NCBI GenBank assembly: GCA_963781315.1 | Contig: CAWAFJ010000005.1 | Coordinates: 318 to 64,317 of the forward strand | Length of the DNA stretch: 64,000 bases | Reading direction: 5' to 3' | From: an uncultured Actinomycetes bacterium | Lineage (GTDB): Bacteria; Actinomycetota; Thermoleophilia; Gaiellales; Gaiellaceae | Notes under the pieces: generated by a model | Databases searched by the model: none | Told to the model about the DNA's origin: nothing | Seen by the model: the letters and a program-made list of their open reading frames with translations, nothing else | Part shown: positions 36,913 to 50,409 of the stretch, in pieces | How the letters are laid out: each line of letters opens with the position of its first letter | Position numbering within the stretch: position 1 is the stretch's first letter | Program-made: the position numbers and the translations under genes

Positions 36913-38517
36913 TCAGTCGCCGGCGCGGCGGCGAAGCGAGAACAGCGTGTCCAGCTCGCGGACACCGACGAGGCGACACATGACGAAGTACACGCTCCCC
37001 GACGCGACGAGAGCGAGGCCGAGCGAGACCAGCTGCCCGAGGAGCCCGCGGCCGAACGCGTCGTCGAGCAGGTACCAGACTCCGAACGCAGCGCCTCCCG
37101 CGAAGAGAGCGGCGGTCACGATGCGGATCGAAGATGCAGCCATCTCGCCAAACTGAATTCGGCCTACGCGGTGGCGGAGGAGAATGAGGAGCGCTGCGGT
37201 ACCCGCGATGTTCACGAGCGAGGTCGCGAGCGGGATGCCCCAGACACCGAGCGGCACGAAGGCGAGGTCGAGCACGAGGTTGACAAACAGGTTTCCGAGC
37301 GCGACGAGCGTCGGGATCCAGTTCGACTGGAGGCTGAAGAAGGCGCGGTTCAGGATCAGCATCGTCCCGTTGAATGTCAGCCCGAGCGAGAACGCTGCGA
37401 GCGACGCCGCGACAACCGGGGTCTGGCTCGAATCGAACGCGCCTCGCTGGTAGATCAGCCTCGTCAGCGGCTCGGCGAGCACGGCGACGACGATGCTCGC
37501 CGGGACCAGCAGGAACACGATCTGGCGCACGCCGATCGAAACGGTGTTGCGGAAGCCGACGAAGTCGTTGCGAGACGCGAAGCGCGACATCGACGGAAAG
37601 AGCACCGTCGCCACGGCAACCGAGAAGATCCCCTGGGGGAGCATGTAGATGCGGAAGGCGGCGTCGATCGCGGACGGGCCGATATTGGGGTCGATGCGGT
37701 TCGCAGCGACCACGCCGTCGACCAGCGCGTTGATGTTGATCAACCCGAGCCCGAGGGAGACCGGCAGCATCAGCTTGAGGAACTGCCGCACCGCCGGGTC
37801 GCGCCAGTCGATCACGAGCTCCAGCCGCCCGCCGCGTCCGCGCAGCCACGGCACGGGGAGCAGCACTTGGATCACGGTGCCGACGACGATCGCGCCGGCA
37901 TAGACGTAGAGCTTGCCGTCGACCGTGTCCGCGCGCGGCACGCCGAGCACGAGACCGAGGATGATCGCCAGGTTCCACGCGACCGGCGCAAGCGCCGGGA
38001 TCGTGAACTCGTCGTAGGTGTTGAGGATCCCGACGATGATCCCGGAGGCGCCGAGGAGCGCCACGATGGGGAAGAGCATCTGCGACAAGGCGATGACGAG
38101 GTCCTCGTCCTGCGGGTAGAGCCGGGGCATCACGAGCGGAGCGACCAGGATGAAGAGGGCAGTCAGCGCGCTGAGCCCGAGCAGCATCAGCCAGAGAAGG
38201 CTCGACGCGACGCGCCACGCGCGCTTGCGCTCTCCCTTCTCGAGCAGATCGCTGAAGACGGGCACGAAGGCCGAGGACACGGCCGTGTCGGCAACGAGCG
38301 TGCGCACCGTGTTCGGCACGAGGAACGCGATCTGGAAGGCGTTGACGCTGCCCACGACACCGAAGTAATTCTTGGCGACGATCTCACGGACGAGTCCGAG
38401 CACGCGCGAGAGCGCCGTCGCGAGCGAGAAGATCAGCGTCGAGCGAGCGAGGCGCCGGCGGCCGGCGAGCGGCGGCGCGCCGACGCCGTCGGTATCGCCC
38501 GGGCCCAAGGTCGTCAT
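36913..38517 (-). CDS. murJ: lipid II flippase MurJ
   Basis: ATALSRVLGLVREIVAKNYFG..NAFQIAFLVPN; 14 predicted helices. Confidence 0.9.
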   Translation of the reverse strand: MTTLGPGDTDGVGAPPLAGRRRLARSTLIFSLATALSRVLGLVREIVAKNYFGVVGSVNAFQIAFLVPNTVRTLVADTAVSSAFVPVFSDLLEKGERKRAWRVASSLLWLMLLGLSALTALFILVAPLVMPRLYPQDEDLVIALSQMLFPIVALLGASGIIVGILNTYDEFTIPALAPVAWNLAIILGLVLGVPRADTVDGKLYVYAGAIVVGTVIQVLLPVPWLRGRGGRLELVIDWRDPAVRQFLKLMLPVSLGLGLININALVDGVVAANRIDPNIGPSAIDAAFRIYMLPQGIFSVAVATVLFPSMSRFASRNDFVGFRNTVSIGVRQIVFLLVPASIVVAVLAEPLTRLIYQRGAFDSSQTPVVAASLAAFSLGLTFNGTMLILNRAFFSLQSNWIPTLVALGNLFVNLVLDLAFVPLGVWGIPLATSLVNIAGTAALLILLRHRVGRIQFGEMAASSIRIVTAALFAGGAAFGVWYLLDDAFGRGLLGQLVSLGLALVASGSVYFVMCRLVGVRELDTLFSLRRRAGD

Positions 38518-38596
38518 TCACTCACCGGGGTCTCAGGTTACGCGGCGGTACGGTCGCGCAGGACTCCGTGCGAGAGGCTTTGCTACCCTCTGACCG

Positions 38597-38617
38597 GCCC
38601 GCGGTTGCGGGCGTTTT
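38597..38617 (+). promoter_or_regulatory. terminator-like hairpin in the rpsT 5' leader
   Basis: GCCCGC-GGTT-GCGGGC followed by GTTTTCAC, ending 7 nt before the rpsT ATG. There is no upstream same-strand gene. Confidence 0.35.
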
Positions 38618-38623
38618 CACGCG

Positions 38624-38887
38624 ATGCCGAACATCAAACAGCAGAAGAAGCGCGTCCGGACGGCTGCCAACCAGCGGCTCGAGAATCTGCGCTACAACTC
38701 GACGATCAAGACGCTTACGAAGCGGCTCGCGACTGCCGTCGAAGGTGGCGACACCGCAGCCGTCGAGGCAGAGCACAAAGGCCTCGTCAAGCTGATCGAC
38801 CGGGCGATCGCCCGCGGCGCGCTGCACCGGAACACGGGCGCACGCAAGAAGTCGCAGGCCGCGCGCCTCGTGTCGCCACGCAGCTAG
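38624..38887 (+). CDS. rpsT: 30S ribosomal protein S20
   Basis: MPNIKQQKKRVRT..N...KS..KT pattern. Confidence 0.95.
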   Translation: MPNIKQQKKRVRTAANQRLENLRYNSTIKTLTKRLATAVEGGDTAAVEAEHKGLVKLIDRAIARGALHRNTGARKKSQAARLVSPRS

Positions 38888-38900
38888 ATACCTTGACCGT

Positions 38901-39839
38901 GTGACGCTCGGGCTTGCGTCGGCAGCGGTGCTCGCTGTTGCGATCGGCAACGCCTGGCGGACCGAGCCGCCACTTCCGCTCGCACGAACCGAGGTCGCCG
39001 CAGCCGTGACCGGCCGGGAGATCCTCGTCGCTGGCGGATATCTCGCGGACGGCTCGACCACGGCGCGCGTCGACCTCTACAACCCGGCGACCAGGACATG
39101 GCGGAACGGGCCGGATCTCCCAATGCCGCTCAACCATGCTTCGGCGGCGACGCTGCGCGGCGGCTGCGTCCTCGTCGGCGGGTACGGAACGAAGGGGCCC
39201 ACGACGACGGCGTTGCGGTTCGAGGACGGTGCCTGGCACCAGTTGCCGCCTCTCCCCTTCATTCGGGCCGCCGCGGGTGCGGTCGCCCTGCAGGGCCGGC
39301 TGTACGTCGTCGGCGGCGTCGGGCCGTACGGGCTCGCGCGGTCGATGCTCGTCTACAACCCAGACACCCGGCGCTGGACGACACTGCCCGGTCCGACGCC
39401 GCGGCAGCATCTCGCGGCCGCAGCCTCCCGCGGCCGCATCTACTCCGTCGCCGGGCGTGCGGCCGGGTACGACACGAACGTTGCGACGGTCGAGTCCTGG
39501 GCACCCGGCGAGCGGCGCTGGAGACGCGAGCCGGATGTGCCGGAAGCGCGCGGCGGCACCGGCGCGGCGGCTGTCCGCGGACAGGTCGTGTCGGCCGGAA
39601 ATGAGGCACCGGGCGGAACCAGCGCCGCCGTGTTCGCGTTCAACGTCGCAGCGCGCCGGTGGCTCCGGCTTCCCGACCTGCCGACTCCTCGGCACGGCCT
39701 CAGCGTTGTCGCATTCGGCGGCGAGACCTACGTGATCGGAGGAGGGCCGGAGCCCGGCCTCAGCGTGACCGGTGCAAACGAGGTGCTCGGGACCGCCCCT
39801 AGGACGCCGAGCGACCAGCGGGCTCACGCGGCTGGGTGA
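38901..39839 (+). CDS. Kelch-repeat beta-propeller protein
   Basis: Repeated ..L(Y)VVGG...G....V..Y.P....W..LP.LP..R units. Confidence 0.6.
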   Translation: MTLGLASAAVLAVAIGNAWRTEPPLPLARTEVAAAVTGREILVAGGYLADGSTTARVDLYNPATRTWRNGPDLPMPLNHASAATLRGGCVLVGGYGTKGPTTTALRFEDGAWHQLPPLPFIRAAAGAVALQGRLYVVGGVGPYGLARSMLVYNPDTRRWTTLPGPTPRQHLAAAASRGRIYSVAGRAAGYDTNVATVESWAPGERRWRREPDVPEARGGTGAAAVRGQVVSAGNEAPGGTSAAVFAFNVAARRWLRLPDLPTPRHGLSVVAFGGETYVIGGGPEPGLSVTGANEVLGTAPRTPSDQRAHAAG

Positions 39840-40790
39840 GCTCGATCAGAGCGCGCTCCAGCTCGAGGTCGGCCGGAAGGCGCGAGCCGCCCTTGAGCGC
39901 GTGGTCGAGGTCGGCAAGCCTGACAGTCGCGTCCCGGAGCTCCTCCGGGCTGAAGTTGCGCGCCTGCGCGTAGAGCTTCTGGACATAGAACGGGTGCTGC
40001 TTGAGCCGAGCTGCCGCATCCTTGGCGGAGAGGCCCTCCGACTCGAGTGCCTGGCAGGACCGGATCCGAGCGACGTGCGTCCCGAGAATCGCAGCGATGC
40101 GCGGGATCGTGCGCGCCCGTGGGTCGCCAGAGCGCTCCATCAGGGCCTCGGCCGCTTCGAGCACGGATGCGACGTCGCGTGCGCCCCACGCGTCGGTGAG
40201 CGCGAAGCTGGTCGCCTCGGCGCTCGCGGCGACGAGAACCTGAACGTCCGCGGCTGTCACGCGTTCGCCGGCAGCCCACACGGCGAGCTTGTCGACCTCG
40301 CATCGCGAGCCCATAGGAGTCGTCGCCGACGAGCTCGATCAGGTTCCGGCACGCCTCCGGCTCGGCCGAGACGCCGTGGAGCTTGAACTGCTCGGCGACC
40401 CAGCTCTGGCGACCGCCCTTTGCCACGTCCCAGAGGAGGAGCTCGCCTGTCGTGGCAGACCGCCTTCGCAAGCGGCGCGTCCTTCTTCAACTCGCCGGCG
40501 ACAAGCGCGACGGTCGTGCCCGGCGCAGGCGCTTTCAGGTAGGTGGCGACCGCCTTGACGTCCTCCGCCTTCCAGACCTCGACGCCGTCGACCACGATCA
40601 GCCGTCCGTCCCCGGCGAAGAGACCGAAAGCGTTGCACGCCGCGACGATGTCGGGCCCGCTCGCCTCGGCGGCGCTGTAGAGCTCGGTCGCATCGTCGCC
40701 GAACCGGCCCCGCAAGCGCTGAAGGGCGCGATCGACCTTCGGACGGTCCGTGCCTGCAAGCAGGTACACGGGCTTCAGGTCGTCCGACAT
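39799..40790 (-). CDS. holA: DNA polymerase III delta subunit; two frame breaks (about 40470 and 40310)
   Basis: MSDDLKPVYLLAGTDRPKVD.., FGLFAGDGRLIVVDG, later pieces ..LLLWDVAKGGRQSWV.. and ..FALTDAWGARD.. in other frames. The comEC-holA order fits. Confidence 0.8.
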
Positions 40791-42214
40791 CGACGCCAAG
40801 CATAAGCTCCGAGCAGGAGCACGCCGATGAGCGCGGCGAGCCCGCGGTAGGTGGTGATCCTGGCAAACGGGAGCGAGCCGATCGCGCGTGCGCAGAGCGC
40901 GATGTACGCGGCGACCCAGCCGTTCAGCCAAGCGACGACCGCCGCGGCGGACGGCGAGAGCAGGTGCAGCGCCGCTGTCGCGAAGGCAAGTGCGAGCAGC
41001 AGCGGCATCGCCGGCTCCGCGAGTGCGTTGGCGGGGACCGTCAACAACGGCAGCGCGCCGAACTGAAGCCAGAGAATGGGGGCGGTTACGAGACCGCACG
41101 CCGTCGACACGGCGACGACGAGGCGAAGACCCCGGGGCACCGGATAGCCCTCGAGCCAGCGTGAGATTCGAGGCGCGACTGTGAAGATGGCGGCCACCGC
41201 CGCGAACGAGAGCTGGAATCCGGGGTCGAAGACGAGGTACGGGTTCCAGGCGAGGAGGGCGATCGCTCCGACGAGGAGGACGTACCAGGCATCGCTCAAG
41301 CGACCGGCGAGCCAGGCAAGCGACGCGAGCGAGCCCGCGATGCCGGCGCGAACGACCGAGGGCTGCGGCCCAACCGCCAGCACGTACGCGCCGATCCCCG
41401 CCAGCGCCCCGACCTCACCCACCCAGCGACTAATCCCGAGCAGCCATGCGACAGCCAGCGCACCGGCGGCCACAAGCACGACGTTCTGGCCGGACACGGC
41501 GAGCAGGTGGTACAACCCCGAAGCTCGGAAGTCAGCGCGCAGCCCGTCGGAGAGCGCCGCGTCGTCTCCTAGCACGATCCCCTCCAGGACCGCGCGCCGC
41601 TCTCCCTCGAGCCCGGGCGCGATCGAGCCGGAGAGACGCTCGCGAAGCCGATCGGCCACCCCGCCGAGGCCTCCTCGCGCTCCAACCGGTCGCCACGTGT
41701 CGACGCGCAGCACCACGTGTACGCCGTGCCGGCGCAGCCAGGTGCGCTCGTCGAAGCCACGGTTGGGCCCCCGTGGCAGCTTCACCACGGCGAGCGCGTC
41801 GATGACGGCACCCTGCGGCGGCGAGCGCCCGAGCGGTAGCTCGAGTTGGACGCGCTCATGGACCGGGAGTCCCTCGAACCGGCTGATCATCCCTTGCGCC
41901 CGAAGGTTGAACCGTCCATGTGTCGGAGGGGCGATCACGACGACAAGCGCGCGTCCGGCACGCCCGACTTCGCCCAGCATCGGACTTCGGTCGAGCGCGT
42001 CAAGACGCACGCTCGCCCACCACCAGCCGAGGCAGACGAGGAGTGCCGCCGTCAGCGCGAGCCGGGTCGCAGGCGCGTCAGCGGCCGCGACCGCGACCGC
42101 TACGAGCAGCGATCCCGCAATCGCCACCTCGTGCCACCGGGACACGTTTGCGAAGGCGAGCCCGCCACAGAGGGAGCCTGCGAGCAGGTGGGCAGGGGCG
42201 CGAGACCAGATCAC
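40775..42214 (-). CDS. comEC: ComEC/Rec2 DNA internalisation channel (no beta-lactamase domain)
   Basis: Polytopic, with ASGLYHLLAVSGQNV competence-domain motif. Confidence 0.85.
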   Translation of the reverse strand: MIWSRAPAHLLAGSLCGGLAFANVSRWHEVAIAGSLLVAVAVAAADAPATRLALTAALLVCLGWWWASVRLDALDRSPMLGEVGRAGRALVVVIAPPTHGRFNLRAQGMISRFEGLPVHERVQLELPLGRSPPQGAVIDALAVVKLPRGPNRGFDERTWLRRHGVHVVLRVDTWRPVGARGGLGGVADRLRERLSGSIAPGLEGERRAVLEGIVLGDDAALSDGLRADFRASGLYHLLAVSGQNVVLVAAGALAVAWLLGISRWVGEVGALAGIGAYVLAVGPQPSVVRAGIAGSLASLAWLAGRLSDAWYVLLVGAIALLAWNPYLVFDPGFQLSFAAVAAIFTVAPRISRWLEGYPVPRGLRLVVAVSTACGLVTAPILWLQFGALPLLTVPANALAEPAMPLLLALAFATAALHLLSPSAAAVVAWLNGWVAAYIALCARAIGSLPFARITTYRGLAALIGVLLLGAYAWRRCRTT

Positions 42215-42918
42215 GGCTGAACGAGCCCCCGCAGGTTCTCGATCCGCGCCGGACCGATTCCCGGAATCGCATCGAGCTGGTCGACCGAGGTGAACGGGCC
42301 GTGCTCGGCCCGGTAGGCGATGATCTTCTGCGCAGTCACAGGCCCAACGCCGGGGAGCGCGTCGAGCTGTTCGGCGGTCGCGGAGTTCAGACTCACAGGC
42401 GCCGTCGGCGAAACCCCCTGCCCGGCCGGCGCCGCGGCGGTGGCGCTCCCGCCGGCTCCCGGGGCGGCATGTCGCGGCACCAGCACCTGCTCGCCATCCG
42501 CGAGCGGAGCAGCGAGGTTGACGAGGTCAGGCTCGGCGCGTGCCGTCACACCGCCGGCGCGTGCAATCGCGTCGGCGATCCGCGAGCCCTGGCGGAGGCG
42601 ATAGAGACCCGGCCGCCGCACCGCGCCTGCCACATCGACCACCACGGCTCGTACGGCAGGTGCTACAGGTGCTTCAGGTGCCGGCGACGCCGCGAGGAGT
42701 GTCCCCGTGGCGGTCTCGACGGAGACCGTCGCGGGCGCCGGATTCGCACCGAACACCCGAGCGGCGAGGAAGACGACAGCGAGCGCCACCACAACGGCGG
42801 CCATGCGCACGGGGGCGCGTGAGCGTGAAACTCGGCATGAGCCAAGCGTGCCGGGAAACCCGTCACGTGTCTGTGACGCCTCCGTGCCGAAACTGGGACA
42901 TGTTCTCCACACGGTCAC
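42211..42918 (-). CDS. comEA: ComEA DNA receptor (SLBB plus helix-hairpin-helix)
   Basis: LNSATAEQLDALPGVGPVTAQKIIAYR..IPGIGPARIE. The true start is probably MAAVVVALAVVF at 42804. Confidence 0.8.
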   Translation of the reverse strand: MTVWRTCPSFGTEASQTRDGFPGTLGSCRVSRSRAPVRMAAVVVALAVVFLAARVFGANPAPATVSVETATGTLLAASPAPEAPVAPAVRAVVVDVAGAVRRPGLYRLRQGSRIADAIARAGGVTARAEPDLVNLAAPLADGEQVLVPRHAAPGAGGSATAAAPAGQGVSPTAPVSLNSATAEQLDALPGVGPVTAQKIIAYRAEHGPFTSVDQLDAIPGIGPARIENLRGLVQP

Positions 42919-43004
42919 CCAGCCTGCCCAAGGGTTGGTTACGGTTTCCCGGAATCGCCGGGGTCGGAAGCAGCGGCCTCGTCTCGCACCCGCAGGAGCC
43001 CACC

Positions 43005-43280
43005 ATGGCTTTCGGCCTGTACTTCACCCCCAGCGCGTTCACTCCCGACCTGTACGACGAGTGCATACGCAGGCTCGATGCCGCCGGCGCCGGTGCTCCG
43101 GCCGGCCGGAGTCACCATGTCGCTCTCGAGGTGGACGGGCAGATCCAGGTGTTCGACGTCTGGGACTCAATGGAGCAGTTCGACGCCTTCGGCGCAACGC
43201 TCGTGCCAATCCTCGGGGAGCTTGGGGTCGACCCCGGCCAACCGATGGTCTCCCCGGTTCGAAACATCATCGAGGGATAG
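43005..43280 (+). CDS. hypothetical 91-aa protein
   Basis: ATG follows GCAGGAG; uninterrupted frame; no family recognised. Confidence 0.5.
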   Translation: MAFGLYFTPSAFTPDLYDECIRRLDAAGAGAPAGRSHHVALEVDGQIQVFDVWDSMEQFDAFGATLVPILGELGVDPGQPMVSPVRNIIEG

Positions 43281-43301
43281 CGCGAAGCGGTCCCCGGCCG
43301 G

Positions 43302-45839
<2,538 letters not shown>

Positions 45840-46061
45840 TCAGGTAGTGTAGCGCCGCGGCTGCGCGGACCGAGCTCGCGAGCGCGCGCGATGTGCAGCC
45901 GGCAGCCACGCCGCGGCTCCCGGACCGAGACTCCACGGGGACCCCGCACCCCGCCCCACCAGCCGTCACGGTACCGCCGAACCCGTGCCGTGTCCGTGCC
46001 GAGATCGCGCCGAAATTCGCGCCGACTTCGGGTCAACCCGTCCACAGGCACAATCCGCCGC

Positions 46062-47313
46062 GTGCTCGATCTCTTTCCCGACACCGCGCGCACCGACGGC
46101 GGCGAGCTCACGCTCGGCGGGCTGACCGCGTCCGCGCTGCTCCGCGAGCACGGCAGCCCGCTCCTCGTCTACGACGAGGCGACACTCCGCGCCCAGGCGC
46201 GCGCCTACCGCGCCGCCGCGCCCGACGCGTTCGTCTGTTACGGGACGAAGGCGTTCCCGAGCGTCGCGATCCTGCGAGATCTTCGCCGAGGAGGGGCTCG
46301 GCGCCGACGTCTCCACGCTCGGCGAGATCCGCTTCGCGCAGGCCGCAGGCATCCCCGGCGACCGCCTCGTCATGCACGGCAACAACAAGAGCGACGCCGA
46401 GCTCCGCACCGCGGCCGACGGCCGGCGCGCTCGTCGTCATCGACTCGCTCGAGGAGATCGACCGCGCCGCGCGCGGCCGGCGTTCGCCGATCCCTCGTTC
46501 GAGTGACACCGGGGATCGAGGCCGACACGCACGAGAAGATCCGCACCGGCCACCACGGCTCGAAGTTCGGCCTGCCGCCCGACGACGCGATCGAAGCGCT
46601 GCGACGCGCGCGGGAGACCGAGGGCCTGCACGTCCATCTCGGCTCCCAGCTCCTCGATGCCACCGCCGCATTGACCGCGGTCGACTGGATGGCGACCTTC
46701 GCGGCCCGTGCCCGCGACGAGGCAGGCTGGGAACTGCGCACGCTCGACCTCGGCGGCGGCCTCGGCGTCCCGACCGTGCCCGGCGAGCCTCACCTCGGGA
46801 TCGACGTGTTCGTGCGCGGATTGCTCGCAGAGCTCGAAGGCGCCCTCGGGCGGCAGGGGCTCGCGCCGCCGCAGGTGATCTTCGAGCCCGGCCGCTCGCT
46901 GGTCGCACGCGCCGGGGTGACGCTGTACACCGTCGGCTCGGTCAAGCGCGCCGAGGCCGGAACGACGTGGGTCGCCGTCGACGGCGGCATCTCCAGACAA
47001 CCCGCGCCCGGCGCTCTACGGCGCCCGCTACACCGCGTTGCTCGCGAACCGCCCCGACGACCCGCCGTCCGGCACATACGCGGTCGCCGGCAAGCACTGT
47101 GAGTCGGGCGATGTGCTCATCGAGAGTGTCGAGCTCCCCGAACCCCGTCGCGGCGACATCCTCGCCGTGCCCGGAACCGGCGCCTACACGCTCGCGATGA
47201 GCTCGACGTACAACGCCGTGCCGCGCCCTGCGGTCGTGCTCGTCCGGGACGGCGACGCACGGGTGATCCGCCGGCGCGAGACGATCGACGATCTGCTCGC
47301 GCTCGAGAGCTGA
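46062..47313 (+). CDS. lysA: diaminopimelate decarboxylase; at least four frame breaks
   Basis: GSPLLVYDE..YGTKAF, GADVSTLGE, HGNNKS, HLGSQ, FEPGRSLVA, GKHCESGD and PGTGAYT are spread over three frames. Confidence 0.9.
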
Positions 47314-48812
47314 TCAGGGCTTCGGGATCGAGACGATCTCGAGCGGCCCGAAGCGCTTCGTCGCGTACGCCTCCGCACCCGGGAGGCTCTTCAACACCGG
47401 CGGCGTGTCGTGCAACGTGTTGACGACGACGTAGCCGACCGCAGGCGGTCCTGGCGGCTCTGCGGCATCTGGTCGGCTGTTCCAGACCAGGAACCGGTAC
47501 TCCTGAGTCGGCTGGCCCGGGTCGAAGTCGGCGTCCGTGCCGATTTCGAAGCTGCGGCCCGGGTTGTCGCGCACGAACATCGCCGCCGCATCCGCCTTGT
47601 ACCGGTACGCGACTCCGTAGTCGCCGGGGGCGCCTCCGTGATCGTTGATCGTCTGAAAGAAGCGGGCGTCGAGATAGGCGAAGCTGCAAAGGCAGGCCGC
47701 GAGTGCGAGCCACCCGACGGCCGCTCGCTGCCGAACCAGACGCTCCAGGACGCGCGCGAGCCCGAGGAACGGCAACGGGAACAGGATGATGAAGTAGTGC
47801 ATGTAGGAAGGGCTGCGAAGGGCCGTCATGGCAGCCAGCGGCAGCAGGTACCAGACGGCCAGCAGCGCCCGGGCCGATCCAAGCCGTGTCGTCCGCCACT
47901 GCCTGAAGCCGAGGAGCAGCCCGCCGAACGCCGCGGTGCCGAGGACGAGCGAGAGCGGATGGGCGAGCGCCGACTGCGAGCCGAGCAGGAACGACATCTT
48001 GCCCCCCCCCGCGATCGCGAGCGTGAAACGCCCCGCGCGCTCGAACCTCCCCGCTGCGTTCATGCCGGCGTCAGCCTCACCGAACGCGTCGTAGGCATCC
48101 GCACCGTGGACGATCAGGAACGGCGCGTACGAGCGCAACGGCCGCTGTGGCAGGCCAAGGGCAACCCAGCGCCAATCGATCGCATCGCGTCCGAATCACC
48201 AGCGCGGCGAGGAGGATCGGGGCGAGGATCCAGGCGGAGAAGTGAATCTGGGTTGCGGCGGCAACGCGGAACGAACAGCCAGAACACCGCTTGTCGTCGT
48301 CTCTCGACGAGAAACGCGTGCAACGCAAGCAGAAGAGCCCCGTGAACAGCGGCAGCACGTCCTGGGGCCCAGATCTTGCGGAAGAAGACGATCGCCCAGG
48401 GAGACAGCGCGAACAGGGCGGCCGATGCGATGCCGACGAAGCGCGAGAAGTACCGCGTGCCAGCCAGTAGCAGAGCCAGACGGCGGCGACATTCGTCGCC
48501 GCGACGAAGGCGGCGGACAGCAAGCGGCGACCGAACGACTGCGAGCGGCGAGGGCGATGAGGTAGATGAAGAGCGGCGGATTGGGCAGGCCGACGCTCGA
48601 GGTGGCTCGGCGGTCGGAAAGAACCGGCCGATACCGGGCTCGGAATAACCCAGCGCGTGAAGGGCAAGCCGGCAGGCCTCGGCCTCGTCAGCTTTGAACT
48701 CCATCAGGTCGAGGCCGGCGAACCGCACGAGCGCAGCGATGACGATGACCGCCGACAGCGCCACCACATCGAGTCGGAGCCGGTGAGCGCCCGAAACGCG
48801 GCTCCCCTTCAT
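47314..48812 (-). CDS. GT-C fold (ArnT/PMT-like) membrane glycosyltransferase; several frame breaks
   Basis: N-terminal loop ..LMEFKADEAE.. (acidic motif), PPLFIYLIA and many hydrophobic helices, split among three listed ORFs. Confidence 0.6.
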
Positions 48813-48910
48813 GGCGTGATCGTAGTTCCGGTCGCACTGCAGGTCATCTCACGACGCTCCCTGGTGCTGATTGACGAGATTCGGCTGGCGACGAGATCTG
48901 CCACGATCTC

Positions 48911-49525
48911 GTGATGCTCCACTCCGTTGCACTCTTCGTGCCCGTCGCGGCGCTGCTGGCCGTGACTCCCGGACCGGCGACGGCGATGGTCGTTCAGACG
49001 GCGGCCCGTGGTGGCCGCTCCCACGCCATGCATGCCGTGTTTGGGAACGCGACAGGACTCGCGCTCTGGGCAATCGTCTCGATGCTCGGCGTTTCGGCGT
49101 TGATTGTCGCCTCCGAAACCGCCTACGCCGCGCTCAAGATCGGCGGCGCCGTGGTTCTCGTCGTGCTGGGCATCCAGGCGATCCGACGGGCCCGGACATA
49201 CGGGACTGAGGCCAACGCAACAGAGCCGCAAAGGCAAGCGCCGGCGTTCCGTCTCGGTGTTGTGACTGCGCTCTCGAACCCGAAGGTGGCGATCTTCTAT
49301 GTCGCGCTGCTGCCGCAGTTCGTGCCGAGCGGCCAGGCCGTGTTGCCGGCAACGATCTCGCTCGCGGCAGTTCAGATCACGATGAGTTGCGGGTGGTACC
49401 TCGTCCTCGCCTCAGCCGTTGGCCATGCGCGCACGACCCTTGCCCGTTGGCGTCCCCAACTCGAGGCTCTTACGGGCGCGACGATGCTCGGGTTCGGCCT
49501 CAAGCTCGTCCGCGACCAGGGCTGA
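48911..49525 (+). CDS. LysE/RhtB family exporter
   Basis: VTPGPA motif and six helices; paralogous in type to 24852..25472. Confidence 0.8.
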   Translation: MMLHSVALFVPVAALLAVTPGPATAMVVQTAARGGRSHAMHAVFGNATGLALWAIVSMLGVSALIVASETAYAALKIGGAVVLVVLGIQAIRRARTYGTEANATEPQRQAPAFRLGVVTALSNPKVAIFYVALLPQFVPSGQAVLPATISLAAVQITMSCGWYLVLASAVGHARTTLARWRPQLEALTGATMLGFGLKLVRDQG

Positions 49526-49581
49526 ACCGTCACGCCGCGGCGGGCGGGTAGTGTCCAAAGTCCACCGATCGAGGAGGCACC

Positions 49582-49737
49582 GTGAAAGTCGTCCATTGCC
49601 CATGTGGCGTGAACGTCGAAGGCGACACCGACGACGCGCTCGTCGAGAACGTCCAGGCGCACATCGCCGCCGACCACGCGGATCTCGTCGGCAAGTACTC
49701 GCGTGAGCAGATCCTGGAGATGGCACACGAGCATTGA
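49582..49737 (+). CDS. DUF1059-like small protein (51 aa)
   Basis: GTG follows GAGGAGG. Encodes VKVVHCPCGVNVEGDTDDALVENVQAHIAADHADL..ILEMAHEH. Below the ORF-track size cut-off. Confidence 0.6.
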   Translation: MKVVHCPCGVNVEGDTDDALVENVQAHIAADHADLVGKYSREQILEMAHEH

Positions 49738-50174
49738 CCGAGTCGCCACCATTCGGAGCTCTGACCCCTGACGCGCGCGAGGTCATCGAGTCCGGCGCGC
49801 TCGCCCACCTCGTCACGATCAACCCGAACGGCCGCCCACAGATCTCGTGCGTCTGGGTCGGCCTTGACGGGGACGAGATCGTCTGCGGGCACTTGAGCGG
49901 CGCCCAGCAGAAGCTGAAGAACATCGCCCGCGACCCGCGAGTCGCACTCTCGATCGAGGCGCCGGCACGGAACGCCATCGGCATGCAGCATTACCTCGTC
50001 GTCCACGGCCGCGCCCGCGTGACCGAGGGTGGAGCGCCCGAACTGCTGCAGCGACTGGCGCTGACCTACATCGGGCCGGACACGGTGTTCCCGCCCATGC
50101 CTGACCCACCGCCGGGCTACGTCCTGCACATCTCGGTCGACCGCGTCGGCGGCATCGGCCCGTGGGCAAGCTAG
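49734..50174 (+). CDS. PPOX-class probable F420-dependent enzyme
   Basis: AHLVTINPNGRPQISCVWVGLDGDEIV..RDPRVALSI.. pattern of the split-barrel flavin family. Confidence 0.7.
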   Translation: MTESPPFGALTPDAREVIESGALAHLVTINPNGRPQISCVWVGLDGDEIVCGHLSGAQQKLKNIARDPRVALSIEAPARNAIGMQHYLVVHGRARVTEGGAPELLQRLALTYIGPDTVFPPMPDPPPGYVLHISVDRVGGIGPWAS

Positions 50175-50184
50175 TCTCGCGCGC

Positions 50185-50388
50185 ATGGGCCAGCTCAGCG
50201 CAGGCGAGTTCCTCGTCGTGTTCATGCTGGCCGCCGGGGCGGGCACCGCGGTGTTCTTCCACGCCGAGCGCAACAAGATCAAGCATCCCTCCGCCTGGGC
50301 AAGCGGCGTCTTCCTCTGCCTGGCGATCGTCCTGCCGCTGTACGCGCTCTACGTCCGACGCGTCCGGAAACAGCGCGCCGCGATGTAG
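50185..50388 (+). CDS. small two-helix membrane protein
   Basis: 67 aa with two hydrophobic segments and a basic tail. Confidence 0.45.
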   Translation: MGQLSAGEFLVVFMLAAGAGTAVFFHAERNKIKHPSAWASGVFLCLAIVLPLYALYVRRVRKQRAAM

Positions 50389-50409
50389 GCCAAGTGCGCG
50401 AAGGCGCTT

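Noticed and set aside
45966-45980. T-box-like core (GGCGGTACCG) in the leuS/lysA intergenic region.
   Set aside because: It lies about 190 nt from the leuS leader terminator rather than overlapping its 5' arm. It centres on the palindromic GGTACC, so it matches on both strands. No specifier-loop context was found.
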